NCBI RefSeq assembly: GCF_006345805.1
Contig: NW_021832785.1
Span: 1-39,170, forward strand
Direction of reading: 5' to 3'
Source: Octopus sinensis
Lineage: Eukaryota
DNA: 39,170 nucleotides
In this document: positions 11,791 to 24,025 of the stretch, one piece after another
Layout: every line of letters starts with the position of its first letter
Numbering within the stretch: position 1 is the stretch's first letter
Position numbers and translations under genes: made by a program
Notes under the pieces: generated by a model
What the model was told of the DNA's origin: nothing
Seen by the model: the letters and a program-made list of their open reading frames with translations, nothing else
Database searches by the model: none

Positions 11791-13900
11791 TTCCTTCCTT
11801 CCTTCTTTCTTTCCTTTCTTCTTTCTTTTCTTTCTTCCTTCTTTCCATCCTTCTTTACTTCCTTCCTTCCGTTCTTCTCCTTCCTTTCTTTCCGTCTGCC
11901 TTTCTTTTTCCTTCCTTCTTTTCCTGCTTACCTTCCGTTCTTCCTTTTCTTTTCTTTCTGTCTTTCATTTTTCTTCTTTCTTTTTTGTTTTTTGTCTTTT
12001 TAATGTCATTCTTCTTTCTTCTTTCTTTCTTTTTCCTTCTTTTTTCTTTCTTTCTTTACTTCCTTCCTTCGTTCTTCTTTCTTCCTTCCTTCTTTCATCC
12101 TTCCTGCCTTCCTTCCTTCCTTCTTTTCTTCTTTCCGTCAGTCTTCCCCTTCCTTTCGTTGTCTTTCATTTTTCTTCTTTCTTTCTGTCATTCTTTCTTT
12201 ATTTCTTTCTTTCCTTCTTTTTTCTTTCTTTCTTTCTTCCTTCTTTTTTCTTTCTTTCTTTCTTTCTTTCTCTTCCTTCTTTCTTCTTCATTCCTTCCTT
12301 TATTCCTTACTTCCTTCCTTCCTTCCTTCTTTTCTTCTTTCCTTAATTATTCCCCTTCCTTTCGTTTTTGTCTTTCATTTTTCTTCTTCTTTCTGTCATT
12401 CTTTCTATTTATTTCATTTCCTTCTTTTTTCTTTCTTTCTTCCTTCCTTCTTTTTTCTTTCTTATCTTTCTTTCTTTTTCCTTCCTTCTTCTTTCTTCTT
12501 TCATTCCTTCCTTCATTCCTTCATTCCTTCCTTCCTTCCTCCTTCCTTCTTCCTTCCTTCCTTTCTTCCTTCCTTCTTTTCTTCTTCCTTCCGTTCTTCC
12601 CCTTCCTTCTGTTCTGTCTTTCATTTTTCTTCTTTCTTTTTTGTTTTTGTCTTTTTAATGTCATTCTTTCTTTCTCTCTTTCTTTCTTTCTTTCCTTCTT
12701 TTTTCTTTCTTTCTTTCTTTCTTTACTTCCTTCCTTCTTTCTTCTTTCCTTCCTTCCTTTCTTCTTCCTTCCTTCCTTCCTTCCTTCCTTCTTTTCTTCT
12801 TTCCTTCAGTTCTTCCCCTTCCTTTCGTTGTCTTTCATTTTTCTTCTTTCTTTCTGTCATTCTTTCTTTATTTCTTTCTTTCCTTCTTTTTTCTTTCTTT
12901 CTTTCCTTCCTTCTTTTTTCTTTCTTTCTTTCTTTCTTTTCTCTTCCTTCTTTCTTCTTCATTCCTTCCTTTATTCCTTCCTTCCTTCCTTCCTTCCTTC
13001 TTTTCTTCTTTCCTTAATTATTCCCCTTCCTTTCGTTTTTGTCTTTCATTTTTCTTCTTCTTTCTGTCATTCTTTCTATTTATTTCATTTCCTTCTTTTT
13101 TCTTTCTTTCTTCCTTCCTTCTTTTTTCTTTCTTATCTTTCTTTCTTTTTCCTTCCTTCTTCTTTCTTCTTTCATTCCTTCCTTCATTCCTTCATTCCTT
13201 CCTTCCTTCCTCCTTCCTTCTTCCTTCCTTCCTTTCTTCCTTCCTTCTTTTCTTCTTCCTTCCGTTCTTCCCCTTCCTTCTGTTCTGTCTTTCATTTTTC
13301 TTCTTTCTTTTTTGTTTTTGTCTTTTTAATGTCATTCTTTCTTTCTCTCTTTCTTTCTTTCTTTCCTTCTTTTTTCTTTCTTTCTTTCTTTACTTCCTTC
13401 CTTCTTTCTTCTTTCTTCCTTCCTTTCTTCTTCCTTCCTTCCTTCCTTCCTTCCTTCTTTTCTTCTTTCTTCAGTTCTTCCCCTTCCTTTCGTTGTCTTT
13501 CATTTTTCTTCTTTCTTTCTGTCATTCTTTCTTTATTTCTTTCTTCTTTCCTTCTTTTTTCTCTTTCTTTCTTCCTTCTTCTTTTTTCTTTCTTTCTTCT
13601 TTCTTTCTTCCTTCTTCTTCTTTTTTCTTTCCTTCCTCCTTCCTTCCTTCCTTCCTTCCTTCCTCTTCCTTCTTCCTTCCTTCCTTCCTTCTTCCTTCCT
13701 TCTTTTCTTCTTTCCTTCCGTTCTTCCCCTTCCTTCCGTTCTGTCTTTCATTTTATTCTTTCTTTTTTGTTTTTGTCTTTTTAATGTCATTCTTTCCTTT
13801 TCTTTCCTTTCTCTTTCCTTCCTTCCTTCTTCTTTCTTCTTTCCTTCCTTCCTTCCTTCCTTCCTTCTTTATTTCTTGCCTTCCTTCCTTCCTCCTTCCG
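11791..13900. repeat. Homopyrimidine tract organised as a higher-order repeat (monomers ~200-250 bp, trimer ~670 bp)
   Basis: GTCTTTCATTTT at 11960, 12161, 12370, 12616, 12830, 13041, 13287, 13495 and 13743; identical ORF translations 671 bp apart. Confidence 0.92.
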
Positions 13901-13967
13901 CTATCTGAGAGGCTATGAAGTGTCACGGCACTATCTTCTTTCCTCTTATTGAATCAGCGAGGAAAAC

Positions 13968-14038
<71 letters not shown>

Positions 14039-14179
14039 ATATAACTATAACAAATAAAATTCCATATATTCTCGTTTAGGAAATAGGAACGGAAGTGGAA
14101 CAACGAAATCGATCTTTAGTATTTGATTAGTACTTATTTTATCGATTTCAGAATGATTACGATGAGAAAATTCGAACTT

Positions 14180-14355
14180 AATTTTTGGGGGAAGGGGGCC
14201 AACCGATTAGATTGACCCAAGTACGCAACTGGTACTTAATTTATGAACCGCGAAAGATGAAAGGCAAATTCGACCTCGGCGGAATTTGAACTCAGAATGT
14301 AATGACCTATAAGATACCGCTAAGCATTTCGCCCGGTGTGTTAACGTTTCTGCCA
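14180..14355 (-). mobile_element. Group A SINE
   Basis: CTCGGCGGAATTTGAACTCAG and AACGTTTCTGCCA on the plus strand match the group A head and B box. Confidence 0.88.
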
Positions 14356-14384
14356 CCATTATTGATTTATTGATTAAGGACGCC

Positions 14385-14560
14385 GCCCAAAACTCTAAAT
14401 GGCATTTCATCTGTCTTTATGCTCTGAGCTCAAACCCAACAGAGTTCAACATTGCCCTTCCTCCTTTCAATGTCGTTAAAATAAGAACGAGTCAAAAACT
14501 GAAAGCGATATAATCAACTTTCCCCGCTTCTCAAAAACTGCTCGCCCTGTGCAAAAATTT
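14385..14560 (+). mobile_element. Old, diverged group A SINE
   Basis: GGCATTTCATCTGTCTTTATGCTCTGAGCTCAAA and a tail ending AAAATTTGAAATCATTATT. Confidence 0.6.
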
Positions 14561-14868
14561 GAAATCATTATTAATTTATTCATTGGTATTGATTATTGAT
14601 TTCTAACATTGGGTCTGAAGATCGATATCGAACCAACTTTTGCCCTTTTGGTTGACATGTGATTTTCATTCACGCTGAGCTGATCTTGGGACTCATGCAG
14701 CTCACTCCACTCAAACTCCTTGAAAGATACTATTCACGGCTAAGGGTTGTTCACCGTATTTTGAGCAGAGATCAATATATCCGACTAAAATCTATCAGAG
14801 TATATTACTGGTACTTTCTTAACGACTCCTGGCGATTGGAACGTAGAATGTAAATAGAAAGAGAATAT

Positions 14869-15179
14869 TACCGTGATCACCGTAGCCGGCCAGGTTATCA
14901 GATGTTGCTACACATCGCTGGTCACAATGCACTTCGCATTGTTTTAGCTTTCAAATGACGCCACCCCGCTGGCTAAGTGAGCAGGCCAACAGAAGAAAGA
15001 GTGAGAGAAAGTTGCGGCGAAAGAGTACAGCAGGGATCGCCACCACCACCTGCCGGAGCCTCGTGAAGCTTTGGGTGTTTTCGTTCAATAAACACTCACA
15101 ACGCCCGGTCTGGGAATCGAAACCGCCATCCTACAACTGCTAGTCCGCTGCCCTAACCACTGGGCCATTGCGCCTCCAC
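14869..15179 (-). mobile_element. Group C tRNA-derived SINE, full length, tail 1, with 13 bp TSD
   Basis: Head GTGGAGGCGCAATGGCCCAGTGGTTAGG and B box GGTTTCGATTCC; TSD AGAAAGAGAATAT at 14856-14868 and 15180-15192. Confidence 0.93.
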
Positions 15180-15305
15180 AGAAAGAGAATATATGCCGTA
15201 AGATCTTTAATCCAGAGTAATGCGAAGAAAATTTCAGCCGTAATGCGATTTGAGCTTCGAACTAAAAGAATCAGAACAAATACAGTAAAATAAATATCGA
15301 TCATC

Positions 15306-15537
15306 CTACAAATGCTGCAAATCGAATGTTATCGGGTTTCGATGGTCAATGATAATGATGAGCGATTGATCCTCTATGTAATCGTTCAACTTGCAAGAAA
15401 TTGCTGCCAAATCTCTTTCAAAACATCCCCTGTCATCTTTAAAAAAGGGCAGATTAAATGATGCAATCTTGGATGTCTTGCGTAGAAGAGTGTGATTGTC
15501 ATGGCTGGCATGGCATCGGTTATAGATTCGCTCAAGA
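15306..15537 (-). CDS. Candidate exon of an unidentified gene
   Basis: Unique DNA open for ~76 codons (LERIYNRCH...TFDLQHL*) after the acceptor TTTTGTCTCATGTCAG; no homologue recognised. Confidence 0.25.
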
Positions 15538-15918
15538 CTGACATGAGACAAAATGGCCTACCACCATCACCATCATTTTTGTGTCAAAGTGTATGTATAT
15601 GTTTATGTGAGTGAGTGTATGTGTGTGTGTGTATGTGTGTGTGTGTGTGTGTGTATGCTTTAGTATTTTAAATATATACATTAAATTACATATTAATATT
15701 TTGATGAAAGCAAATAAACATTGAACAGAAGGATTAGCCAATTGCTCATTATTTTTAGGAGAAAACACGTTCATTAATTTTTACGAAGAAAAAGTCGACA
15801 GTAACTTCGAAGATACATTTTACTTACCTTCACCTGATTAGTTGATGAAGGTGAGAAAGCTCAGACTTCGAAGTCGTTCTCAAACTTCTTATTGTAAAAT
15901 ATAATCTATCTGTGTCAG

Positions 15919-16003
<85 letters not shown>

Positions 16004-16077
16004 ATTGATGTGGTAAGACAACAAAAGTATGAAAGAGACCTCGATGTTATATAAACAGAGTTATCACATATATTTAA

Positions 16078-16112
<35 letters not shown>

Positions 16113-16605
16113 CTAGCAGTATCGCCCGGCGTTGCTCGGGTTTGTAAGGGAAATAACTATAAAGCATTTTTAGAGAGTTATAGCCAAAAAATAGCAAAAA
16201 AATGGGGAAAAAAATGATGGTAAATTTTTTTGATAGTTAAAAAGGTCGAGTTGCGTCCCCTAGACCATCTGTGGTTTGTGTTTCTGATTGTCGACCCCAT
16301 GTCGAATTTATCGATCTTTTTCAGAACTGGGGGAACTTTTCAAAATTTTCGCTGCGTTAGTTTTGAATTATGACATTGGGCTATGTCTGTGTCAAGTTTC
16401 ATCAGAATCGGTTGAAAGCCGTGGTCAGAGTGAGGGTACAACCAAACAGACACACAGAAACACACACAGACAAACGACCGTTTATATATAGATGCCCTGA
16501 TACCGTTGGTATCTACATATCAAATTTGAGCGCAATCGAATGGAGGATGCCCGAGATCCTAGAAGACACACGCACAGACAGACAGAACGGATTTTATATA
16601 AGAGA
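16113..16605 (-). mobile_element. Non-autonomous Helitron with two 5' ends
   Basis: Minus strand ends in CTAG (16116-16113) followed by T; 16-nt GC hairpin (16125-16140) about 12 nt from the end; 5' TC preceded by A at 16492 and again at 16605. Confidence 0.85.
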
Positions 16606-16856
16606 TAAACACACTTATACATGTGTGCGTGTGCGCGCGTGTATGTGAACGTGTGTGTATATATGTGTGAATATTAATGACTTGTACGGACGCTAGAAGT
16701 AAATGCCAAAATAATTAGAATCTATTCTAAATTTGATCTCTATTTATAACCCAAGGTCGAATGCTAGAAAATGAGCAAGAAGATTTTGTGGTCTGTAACG
16801 AAGATTACTTAGCACTGCTCAGTAGAGATAAACCAACCATGTATAAACGAAAAATA

Positions 16857-17270
16857 AGGCGTAGGAATGGCTCTGTGGTAAGTAGTTTGCTTACCAACCA
16901 CATGGTTCCAGGTTCAGTTCCACTGCGTGGCATCTTGGGCAAGTGTCTTCTACTATAGCCTCGGGCCGACCAAAGCCTTTTGAGTGGATTTGGTAGACGG
17001 AAACTGAAAGAAGCCCATCGTATATATCTATATCTATATATATATGTATGTGTGTGTCTTTGTGTGTCTGTGTTTGTCCCCCCAACATCGCTTGACAACC
17101 GATACTGGTGTGTTTACGTCCCCGTAACTTAGCAGTTCGGCAAATGACACCGATAGAAAAAGTACTAGGCTTACAAACAATAAGTCCTGGAGTCGATTTG
17201 CTCGACTAAAGGCGGTGCTCCAGCATGGCCACAGTCAAAGGACTGAAACAAGTAAAAGAGTAAAAGAGTA
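16857..17270 (+). mobile_element. Group B tRNA-derived SINE, full length
   Basis: tRNA-like head, a CTTGGGCAAGT motif reminiscent of the CORE domain, internal TA/TG repeat, and tail repeats of GTAAAAGA. Confidence 0.93.
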
Positions 17271-17283
17271 TACCGATAAATTT

Positions 17284-17486
17284 TGCGGGGTCCAGAAAAA
17301 TTCCTGGCTTTTAAGTGGGTTGAGAAAGGCCTTGTTGGAGACACAACCTTCGAAGTTCTTTTACTGGGCTTAGAAAAATTGAAAGACCGCCGCAACAAGT
17401 TCGTGAATCTGAGAGAGGAATAATTAACTGATCCTCCTGTATTTTCTGTTACCCCCAAGCCTGGAACTTTTCAGTGCACCCTAGTA
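17284..17486 (+). mobile_element. Mariner-derived MITE
   Basis: Imperfect TIRs GAAAAATTCCTGGCTT / AAGCCTGGAACTTTTC; interior encodes LGLEKLKDRRNKFVNLREE, resembling a mariner C-terminus. Confidence 0.75.
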
Positions 17487-17665
17487 AATAAGCATACATA
17501 CATACATACATACATACATACATGCATACATACATACATAAATACATACATACATACTACATACATACATACATACATAAATACATACATACATACATAC
17601 ATACATACATACATACATACATACATACATACATACATACATACAAATACATACATACATACATA

Positions 17666-17839
17666 CAAACACTCCTAAACAAGAACTTCCAGGAATGTCT
17701 CAATCAATGGAAACGACGGTGTATAAAGAATGTGGCTACAGAAGACCACTACTTGGAGTGAGATTAAATGCCGATTTGAGATTTGTTGCAGTTTTCTTTT
17801 AATAGCACGAGTCTCGATCCCTTTTGATCAGATCGCATA
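17666..17839 (+). pseudogene. Mariner transposase C-terminal fragment with degraded right TIR
   Basis: FQECLNQWKRRCIKNVATEDHYLE resembles the mariner C-terminal motif (FQQWKRRWEKCV...GDYFE). Confidence 0.7.
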
Positions 17840-17878
17840 TATATGTATATTTACATGCATAAATACATACATACATAA

Positions 17879-17953
<75 letters not shown>

Positions 17954-18203
17954 ATGGAGGTGCAGACCGGGCGTTGTGTATGTTTATTGAGCGAAAACGC
18001 CTAAAGAAGCTCCACGACGCTCCGGCAGGGGGTGGTGATCCCTGCTGTATTCTTTCACCACTCTTTCTCTCACTCTTTCTTCTGTTGGCCTGCTCGCTTA
18101 GCCAGCGGGTGGCGTCATTTGAAAGCTAAGACAATGCGAACGCATTGTGACCAGCGATGTGTAGCAACATCTGATGGTCTGGTCGGTCACGTGATCACGT
18201 GAT
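17954..18203 (+). mobile_element. Group C SINE, tail 1, promoter region deleted
   Basis: GGAGGTGCA is joined directly to GACCGGG; the remainder matches the 14869-15179 copy. Confidence 0.9.
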
Positions 18204-18265
18204 ATATATATATATATTATATATATATATAGATAGATAGATAGTTAGATATGCATGTGTGTATG

Positions 18266-18309
<44 letters not shown>

Positions 18310-18407
18310 CGTGTCTGTGGTTCAAATGTGTAGAAAACAAAAGAGAAAATCAGGTAAGGGAACAGCAAGAAGATGCATTAATTTGACGTTAGAGAAGAAT
18401 GGAAAAA

Positions 18408-18445
18408 TCTTTGACGTTTCGAGCCTACGCTCTTCAACAGAAAGA
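18408..18445 (-). ncRNA. Minimal hammerhead-like ribozyme, A6U variant (second copy), in a Penelope-like end (~18310-18470)
   Basis: UCUUU-CUGUUGA-A-GAGC(GUAG)GCUC-GAAAC-GUC/AAAGA; same core as 5132-5169 with a canonical GUC site. Confidence 0.72.
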
Positions 18446-18731
18446 GAAGAGATGAGCGGAAACGTATGGAGTGTGAGAGAGAGAGAGAGAAGATATATAA
18501 TACATGTTTATGTATGTATATATGCGTATATATATATATGTATATATATATGTATATATATTATATATATATATATATATATAATATATATATATGTGTA
18601 TGTGTATATATATATACACATATATATACACACATACACACACAATATAATGCAACATAACATAAGTTTGTATGTTCATATATGCAAGTTTGTAGCATAT
18701 GTTTCTAAATGTTTGTTTGTCTATCTATCTA

Positions 18732-18789
<58 letters not shown>

Positions 18790-19775
18790 CCTATCGAGCT
18801 AGCTAAGTAGTTAGCTTGTTAGCTATCCATCAGTCTCTTTCCTTCTCCCTCTCTCTCTTCCTCTTTCTCTGTGTCTCTCTTCACATACACACTCTCCCAT
18901 CACACACATACATATCTTCATTACAAAACAACAAAGTTAATATAAAAATATACAAACAAAATATATGAAAATAAAGAAGCAAAAGTGTAACACACCATTT
19001 TTAATGGTTAAAAGGAGTTGTGAATCACCCTGCAATAAACAGTCCTACATACACTACGCCTCAAAATTCGATAGGATGACTACAGCTCGAACGCTTTTGA
19101 TCTTAAATCTACTGGAGCAGGGCTTGCCTGAGGCTAGGTGAGAAAGAGCAAGGAAAAATAATGTAAAATAGGATTTTTACGAGAGAGAAACCACAGTTAA
19201 TGGATGTATTTATGCGTGAAGATAATTTCGGGTGATGAATTCACCCAGATTCTAACACCTAAGCGGCCTATCCAGGGAATAGATTACAGTTTGGCTCTGC
19301 CTTTCGATTCGCTCTAATATTGCGTAAGTCTTTTGATTATAAACTGACTGAAGTTGTTTTGTGAGCGACGATAGTGAAAAGTGGGTGAGAAGGAGAGAAA
19401 AAATATAGAAGAAAGAAAAAAAAGCAGAAAAATAAATGATAGATAGAGAGAAAGAGAGTAAGAAAGACAGAAGAGAGAGATATAGAATAGAGACAAAGGA
19501 ATGGAAAAGGAGAGAGAGAGGGGGGAGAAATGAACGACGGAAAGAAAAACAAGAATAAACGGTTTATCTATTTAATTAATCATTTATATAGTCTATTTAT
19601 TTATTTATTAAATTATTTATTTACTTTTTAACCATTTATTTCTTACAAAATTAGTTTATAATATTGAAGGGAAAAAACGAAAATATAATAAATTGCAAAA
19701 AAATTCTAAAAATAAGATCTAAAAAATTTACATCTGATGAAGTTTAGTGTTGCGAAATTTCTTTCTTACACACGG

Positions 19776-19819
<44 letters not shown>

Positions 19820-20767
19820 CTCTCTCTGTCTTCGTTTCTCCACCATTTCTTCACAGATATCTACTTCATACCTTTTCTTTTCATCATTTGTTCTGATCTT
19901 TAGTTCTTTCTTAATTTAAAAAAAAAAAAAAAATTTCGTTTATGTATTTATTTATATTTATTTAGTTACTAAATATTTATATTATCATTATTTTGTTTCT
20001 GTTACATTTTTTTTTCCTTCTCTTCTACGAAACTAAATCGTTTGTTCCAAGGAAGGCTGTTATTCGTGGCGGTTTATTTTAGCGGTAAAACTTAGTTCCA
20101 GCACCAACGCTGTGTTAATTTGTTAAGATGATAACATATTAAATTGAATAAAGAAGTAGACCGGTGTTGTTGATAAAATTATTGTAAACAACCGAATTAT
20201 TCAGAAAGGATTCACTTCAAACTAAGACATTTTTCATGTCAACTTCACACTCACCACTCCCTGCTACATACACACATACACACGCGCGCACACTCACGCA
20301 CACACATGCACACGCACACACACATGCACGCACAAACACGCACATAAACACACACACGCGCACACGCATGCAGAGCCATGCGCACATATATGTGTGTATG
20401 TATACAATTACTTGTATACATACACGCATATAATTGTACGCATATATTACATGAATATATATATATATATTTGTATATATACACACATATACATACACAC
20501 ATTGTATGATGTTTGCATAATTATATACATACATGTAAATATGTATACATATGTATGTGTGTGTATATGCATGCATGTATGTGTATATGTATGTATATAT
20601 GTATATATACATACATGCCTACATATACGCATACATACACACACGCAGAAAGACCACTCCCCGGCATTTTTCTGCTAGTCCCTTGATAATACTTTCACAT
20701 TTGATTCCCATTTCTAATAATTTTCATTATTTTATGTCTAATTATTTCTTTGTATGATAGGGCTCAC

Positions 20768-20921
20768 TTGCTTAGTAAATATTGCATTCATTATTTTATC
20801 ACCGTCATAATCTCTCTTTTTTAAACAAACATCACGGTAGTCCAACAACAGAGGGAGACCCAGTTTGTCAAGTTTTACCTTCCCCTCAAAGTAGCATAGC
20901 GATTTCACTTCAGCAGCCCAT
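20768..20921 (-). CDS. Candidate 154-nt coding exon
   Basis: Acceptor CTTTCAG, donor CAA/GTGAGC (alternative AAG/GTAAAA at 20879); open frame WAAEVKSLCYFEGKVKLDKLGLPLLLDYRDVCLKKRDYDGDKIMNAIFTKQ. Confidence 0.38.
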
Positions 20922-21607
20922 CTGAAAGCATTGCATGCGTGCTTGCGTACGTACGCGCGCGCGCGTGTGTGTGTGTGTGAGAGAGAGAGAGAGGAGAGAG
21001 AGAAAGCATTGCAAACTGATTGAAATGAATATGAAATAAAAAAAATCATATAAATAAAGGAGCATTACTACAGATGTATACGCCCCGACTTTGTTGCCTC
21101 ATAACATCCAGAAAAATCGATACTTTCTAACAAAATTTTCTACAAATACTGCTTAGATGTTGTGGCTTCACAGTATATAGGGATTTATGGGAAAGAATTG
21201 TTCCGAGTCGGGCAGAGAGGAGTTTCAGAAAATTCTCATGATCTGACTTTTTTCTTTCATAATTTCCAGGAAGATGGATCTCTTTTGATGAAAATTTATA
21301 CAAATCTATTTCAAACAGCATAGATTATGATTATAAGAAATTTGTGGGGAAAATTATTTCGGAGATTTGAGAAATTAGAAATTTTTTGCAACCCCACTCC
21401 CTGCCACCGATTCTTTCTGTTTAGGAATTAAAATATTGGAAAGCCTGAGGTCATTGCTGGAATTTATCCACAAAGGTTTAAAAAATGAGGGAGATGTACA
21501 TGCATAGCAAGTGACTTGATCTGAGGTTGTGTGCTGAAACAAAAGCAATTTCAGCATAGAAGATGTTTGCAAGCCATTCAAGAACACAACAAATCCGTTA
21601 CTTTCAG

Positions 21608-21822
21608 AGCACTTCTTAAATACAGAGGTCCTGATGCTTCTACGTAACGATATGAAGGGGAGGGTTAGTTTTTAGGGTTAGGGTTAGTTTTAGGGTTAGT
21701 TAGGGTTGAGGTTAGGGCTAGGGTGTCATTACACATCCACACAGCGTACATTTAAAATGTTTTGTACGTAACACCTGTATCTAAGTAGTACCGTTAAGGG
21801 ACCTCTGTATTTAAGTATTACC
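21608..21822. mobile_element. MITE-like element with internal TTAGGG repeats
   Basis: Perfect 17 bp inverted repeat CTTAAATACAGAGGTCC (21615-21631 and 21799-21815) around degenerate TTAGGG units (~21661-21724). Confidence 0.75.
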
Positions 21823-22051
21823 TGTTTCACTTCATCATTAAAATTTTATTTGTGTCAAAATATTTTTGTCGCTTTGAAATCGCGACAAAACTTCACAAAA
21901 GCGATGCACCACTAAGTTTTGTCACTGAGCACCCACAAACACACACATTCATTGCCTTTCATTTGTGTGCTTGTGTATCTATGCGTGTGCGCTAGTGTGT
22001 ATTTGTGTGTGTGTGTCACTGTTGAAGTCGCTCGTGCAACTTGTGTATATA

Positions 22052-22280
22052 TATTTCTTTACTACCCACAAGGGGCTAAACACAGAGGGGACAAACAAGG
22101 ACAGACAAACGGATCAAGTCGATTACATCGACCTCAGTGCGCAACTGGTACTTAATTTATTGACCCCGAGAAGATGAAAGGCAAAGTCAACCTCGGCGGA
22201 ATTTGAACTCAGAACGTAACAGCAGACGAAATACGGCTACGCATTTCACCCGGTGTGCTAACGTTTCTGCCAGCTCGCCG
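22052..22280 (-). mobile_element. Group A SINE, tail type 2
   Basis: Full head and CCCCTTGTGGGTAGTAAAGAAAT tail; candidate TSD AACTTG(T/C)GTATATAT at 22038-22052 and 22287-22301. Confidence 0.92.
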
Positions 22281-23449
22281 ATTTCAAACTTGCGTATATA
22301 TTGGCGTAGAATGTTTGGAATCGGAATAAGGTGCAAGTTTCGAGTACTTGTCGATAACGTCTTTTTTCTTCTCGTCTTCTAATAGTAATAACCCAAATTT
22401 CTAGCCTCTTCTTACATCTATCCCACGTTCAAAAATTATACGGGTATTTAAAAAATGTTTCGTTCAATAGATTATGTTTTTACATTTCGCATACATTTAT
22501 AGAATAAACTGTCGGTTTTCCAAATAGCGAATTAAAACTTAAAAGAGAAAGTGAGAGACTTTGCAAATGAAAATGGAATACTCCGCCGTGAATGCAATGA
22601 ATATTTAAATCTGTGAAGAATTGGACGCAGTGAATGCAATGAATATTTAAATTTGCGAGAAATTGGAGTTTAAAAAATTTAATAAACCTGCGAAATCGAA
22701 ATTATAGAAAATTTTTTAGAACATGAGTTTACAAAACATATTTCCAGACGGTAAACATTTTGATAATTGCTTTCTCTTACTACTTCTAGTAATTGTTACA
22801 GACCTAATTAATGAGCAGGTTTCTCCTTTATAGTATAGATATATCATCAACTATAATGAATATATTGTATACGTGTGCGTGCACGTGTGTATGTATGTGT
22901 ACTCCGTGTGCACTGCAGCGTGTGAGAAAGCACGTGACAATGATTGTGCGTGCATGTGGATCCTCAGATTCCAAAGAAGGAGAAGATGAGAGAGAGAGAA
23001 AGAATGAGAGAGATGTTGATTAGCTTCGAGATGTCTTTAGCACTTTAGTACTCGAATGATATTCTGGAGTTATTCTGTGGTTGACATTAGTTCTTCTAAA
23101 GACCGAGAAGGGCATTTTATTCTTCAATGTTGAATAATCAATTTAAATCAAAAACAAAATCATTAAGCAAGAATCAATATAAACTGCAAGAATATATATA
23201 TCTACTCTCTGGTGTTCTTTTTATTCCATTTAAATGCACACATCAATATACAAATATACATACATGTATGTATGTATGTGAGTGTGTGTATGTATATATG
23301 TATGTATGTACATATCTATCTATCTATATATACATTTCATTAATTAAAAAATGTTTTATTAATTAATTAATCAATTAATTAATTAATAATTAATAATTTT
23401 ACGAAGTGGTTCGGAATGTTAAATAACTTTTTTGGGTAAAATTATACAA

Positions 23450-23833
23450 ATATTCTATAATTATAAACATAATTATAATCAGGGGTCAGCTAATTGTTTC
23501 GCCACGCACCAAATTTAGAAATGGGAGTTAAAATTTCTTTTCCGATACATATTTAATCCTAACACTCTCAAATTTATATTTGAAATGCTGCACTGAATGT
23601 GAGAGATAAGTAAGTAAATATTACTTTACTTTAATCTCGAAACGCGTATGTAGCTAATCTGAGTCGTGTGAATTCGTTATTTTTACTTTTCGCCTATGTA
23701 AAAATGTGTGTTACTGTCTGGGAGATTTTTATAGTAGTTAGAAAAAGCATTTTAACTCCCATTTCTAAATTCGGTGCATGGCGAAGCAATTAGCTGTCCC
23801 CTGATTATAATTATGTTTATAATTATAGAATAT
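23450..23833 (+). mobile_element. Element with ~90 bp terminal inverted repeats enclosing a hammerhead; probable Penelope-type inverted end
   Basis: 23450-23541 matches the reverse complement of 23740-23833 with few mismatches; the right end runs into (TA)n. Confidence 0.75.
23587..23654 (+). ncRNA. Type I hammerhead-like ribozyme with expanded position 7
   Basis: GCUGCA-CUGA-AUGU-GA-GAGAU...AUCUC-GAAACGCGUA/UGUAGC: 6-bp stem I, G-C-closed stem II, ACGCGU palindrome. Confidence 0.65.
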
Positions 23834-23859
23834 ATATATGTATATATATATATATATTA

Positions 23860-23902
<43 letters not shown>

Positions 23903-23906
<4 letters not shown>

Positions 23907-24025
23907 GAGTAGGCACATAAATGTGTAACAAGCGGAAAAAAAGAGTACTCAAATACCAGAGGTAAAACAATATGCTTTATTAAAAGCATCACAAATATCA
24001 CAATATCTGTTACTCAGAGTTTCAC
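23903..24025 (-). mobile_element. Penelope-like tail with the 3' half of a hammerhead
   Basis: GAAACUCUGAGUA/ACAG without the CUGA half; the tail ends at the same (TA)n tract as the 23450 element. Confidence 0.4.

Noticed and set aside
15100-15179. tRNA-like sequences as tRNA genes
   Set aside because: They are SINE heads, each continuing into a repeated body, several with TSDs.
15306-20921. Kinase-like look of candidate exon peptides (ERDLAA, IIIIDH, AEVKSL)
   Set aside because: Catalytic residues do not match and splice phases are not directly compatible; pattern matching is too weak to name a product.
22588-22668. 42 bp tandem duplication
   Set aside because: Real but an ordinary two-copy local duplication.
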